Assembly: GCA_963774265.1 (NCBI GenBank)
Contig: CAVZDU010000001.1
Span: 736,001-800,000 of the forward strand
Direction: 5' to 3'
DNA length: 64,000 bases
Source of the DNA: an uncultured Chloroflexia bacterium
Lineage (GTDB): Bacteria > Chloroflexota > Anaerolineae > CG2-30-64-16
Position numbers and translations under genes: made by a program. The notes beneath the pieces were generated by a model. That model worked only from the letters and a program-made list of their open reading frames with translations, was not told the DNA's origin and made no database searches. Shown piece after piece: positions 63,962 to 64,000 of the stretch; positions within the stretch are counted from its first letter, which is position 1, and each line of letters starts with the position of its first letter.

Positions 63962-64000
63962 TGGCGGCCCTCCTTCCGCGAAACGGAACAAGTCGGCCTG

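Overview
GC-rich bacterial chromosomal segment. Gene content, short-repeat families and a C-terminal 'LPMVLR' motif suggest an anaerobic Chloroflexota (Anaerolineae-like) genome; this is inference. Many genes are broken by 1-nt indels, most likely uncorrected long-read errors, so coordinates of split genes are approximate. Left part: ald, thrC, a YbaK deacylase, an AttEFGH-like ABC/lipocalin operon, iorAB, a CDF transporter, an acyltransferase, and an arginine operon (argC-B-D-A-like GNAT-hom-like-argG-J-AKR-argH). Middle: a ~21 kb energy cluster with two HdrCBA-MvhD modules (one HdrL-type), a group 3c MvhGA [NiFe]-hydrogenase, a maturation protease, hypFCDE, two Lrp-family proteins and two stand-alone cNMP-domain proteins. 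Right part: a Thr T-box-controlled lysC-hom-asd-unknown operon, ThiF+GNAT, an aminotransferase, a four-subunit 2-oxoacid:ferredoxin oxidoreductase, a B12-radical SAM protein, CBS proteins, rex and a secreted repeat protein. Most notable observations: (1) an Arg-rich leader peptide plus terminator upstream of argC, i.e. a putative ribosome-mediated arginine attenuator; (2) an apparently circularly permuted HAD protein as the last gene of the Thr T-box operon, a candidate replacement for homoserine kinase; (3) a REP-like palindrome inserted inside that T-box; (4) reverse-transcriptase and comM/yifB remnants bracketing the Hdr-Mvh cluster. No rRNA, tRNA or CRISPR array was seen.
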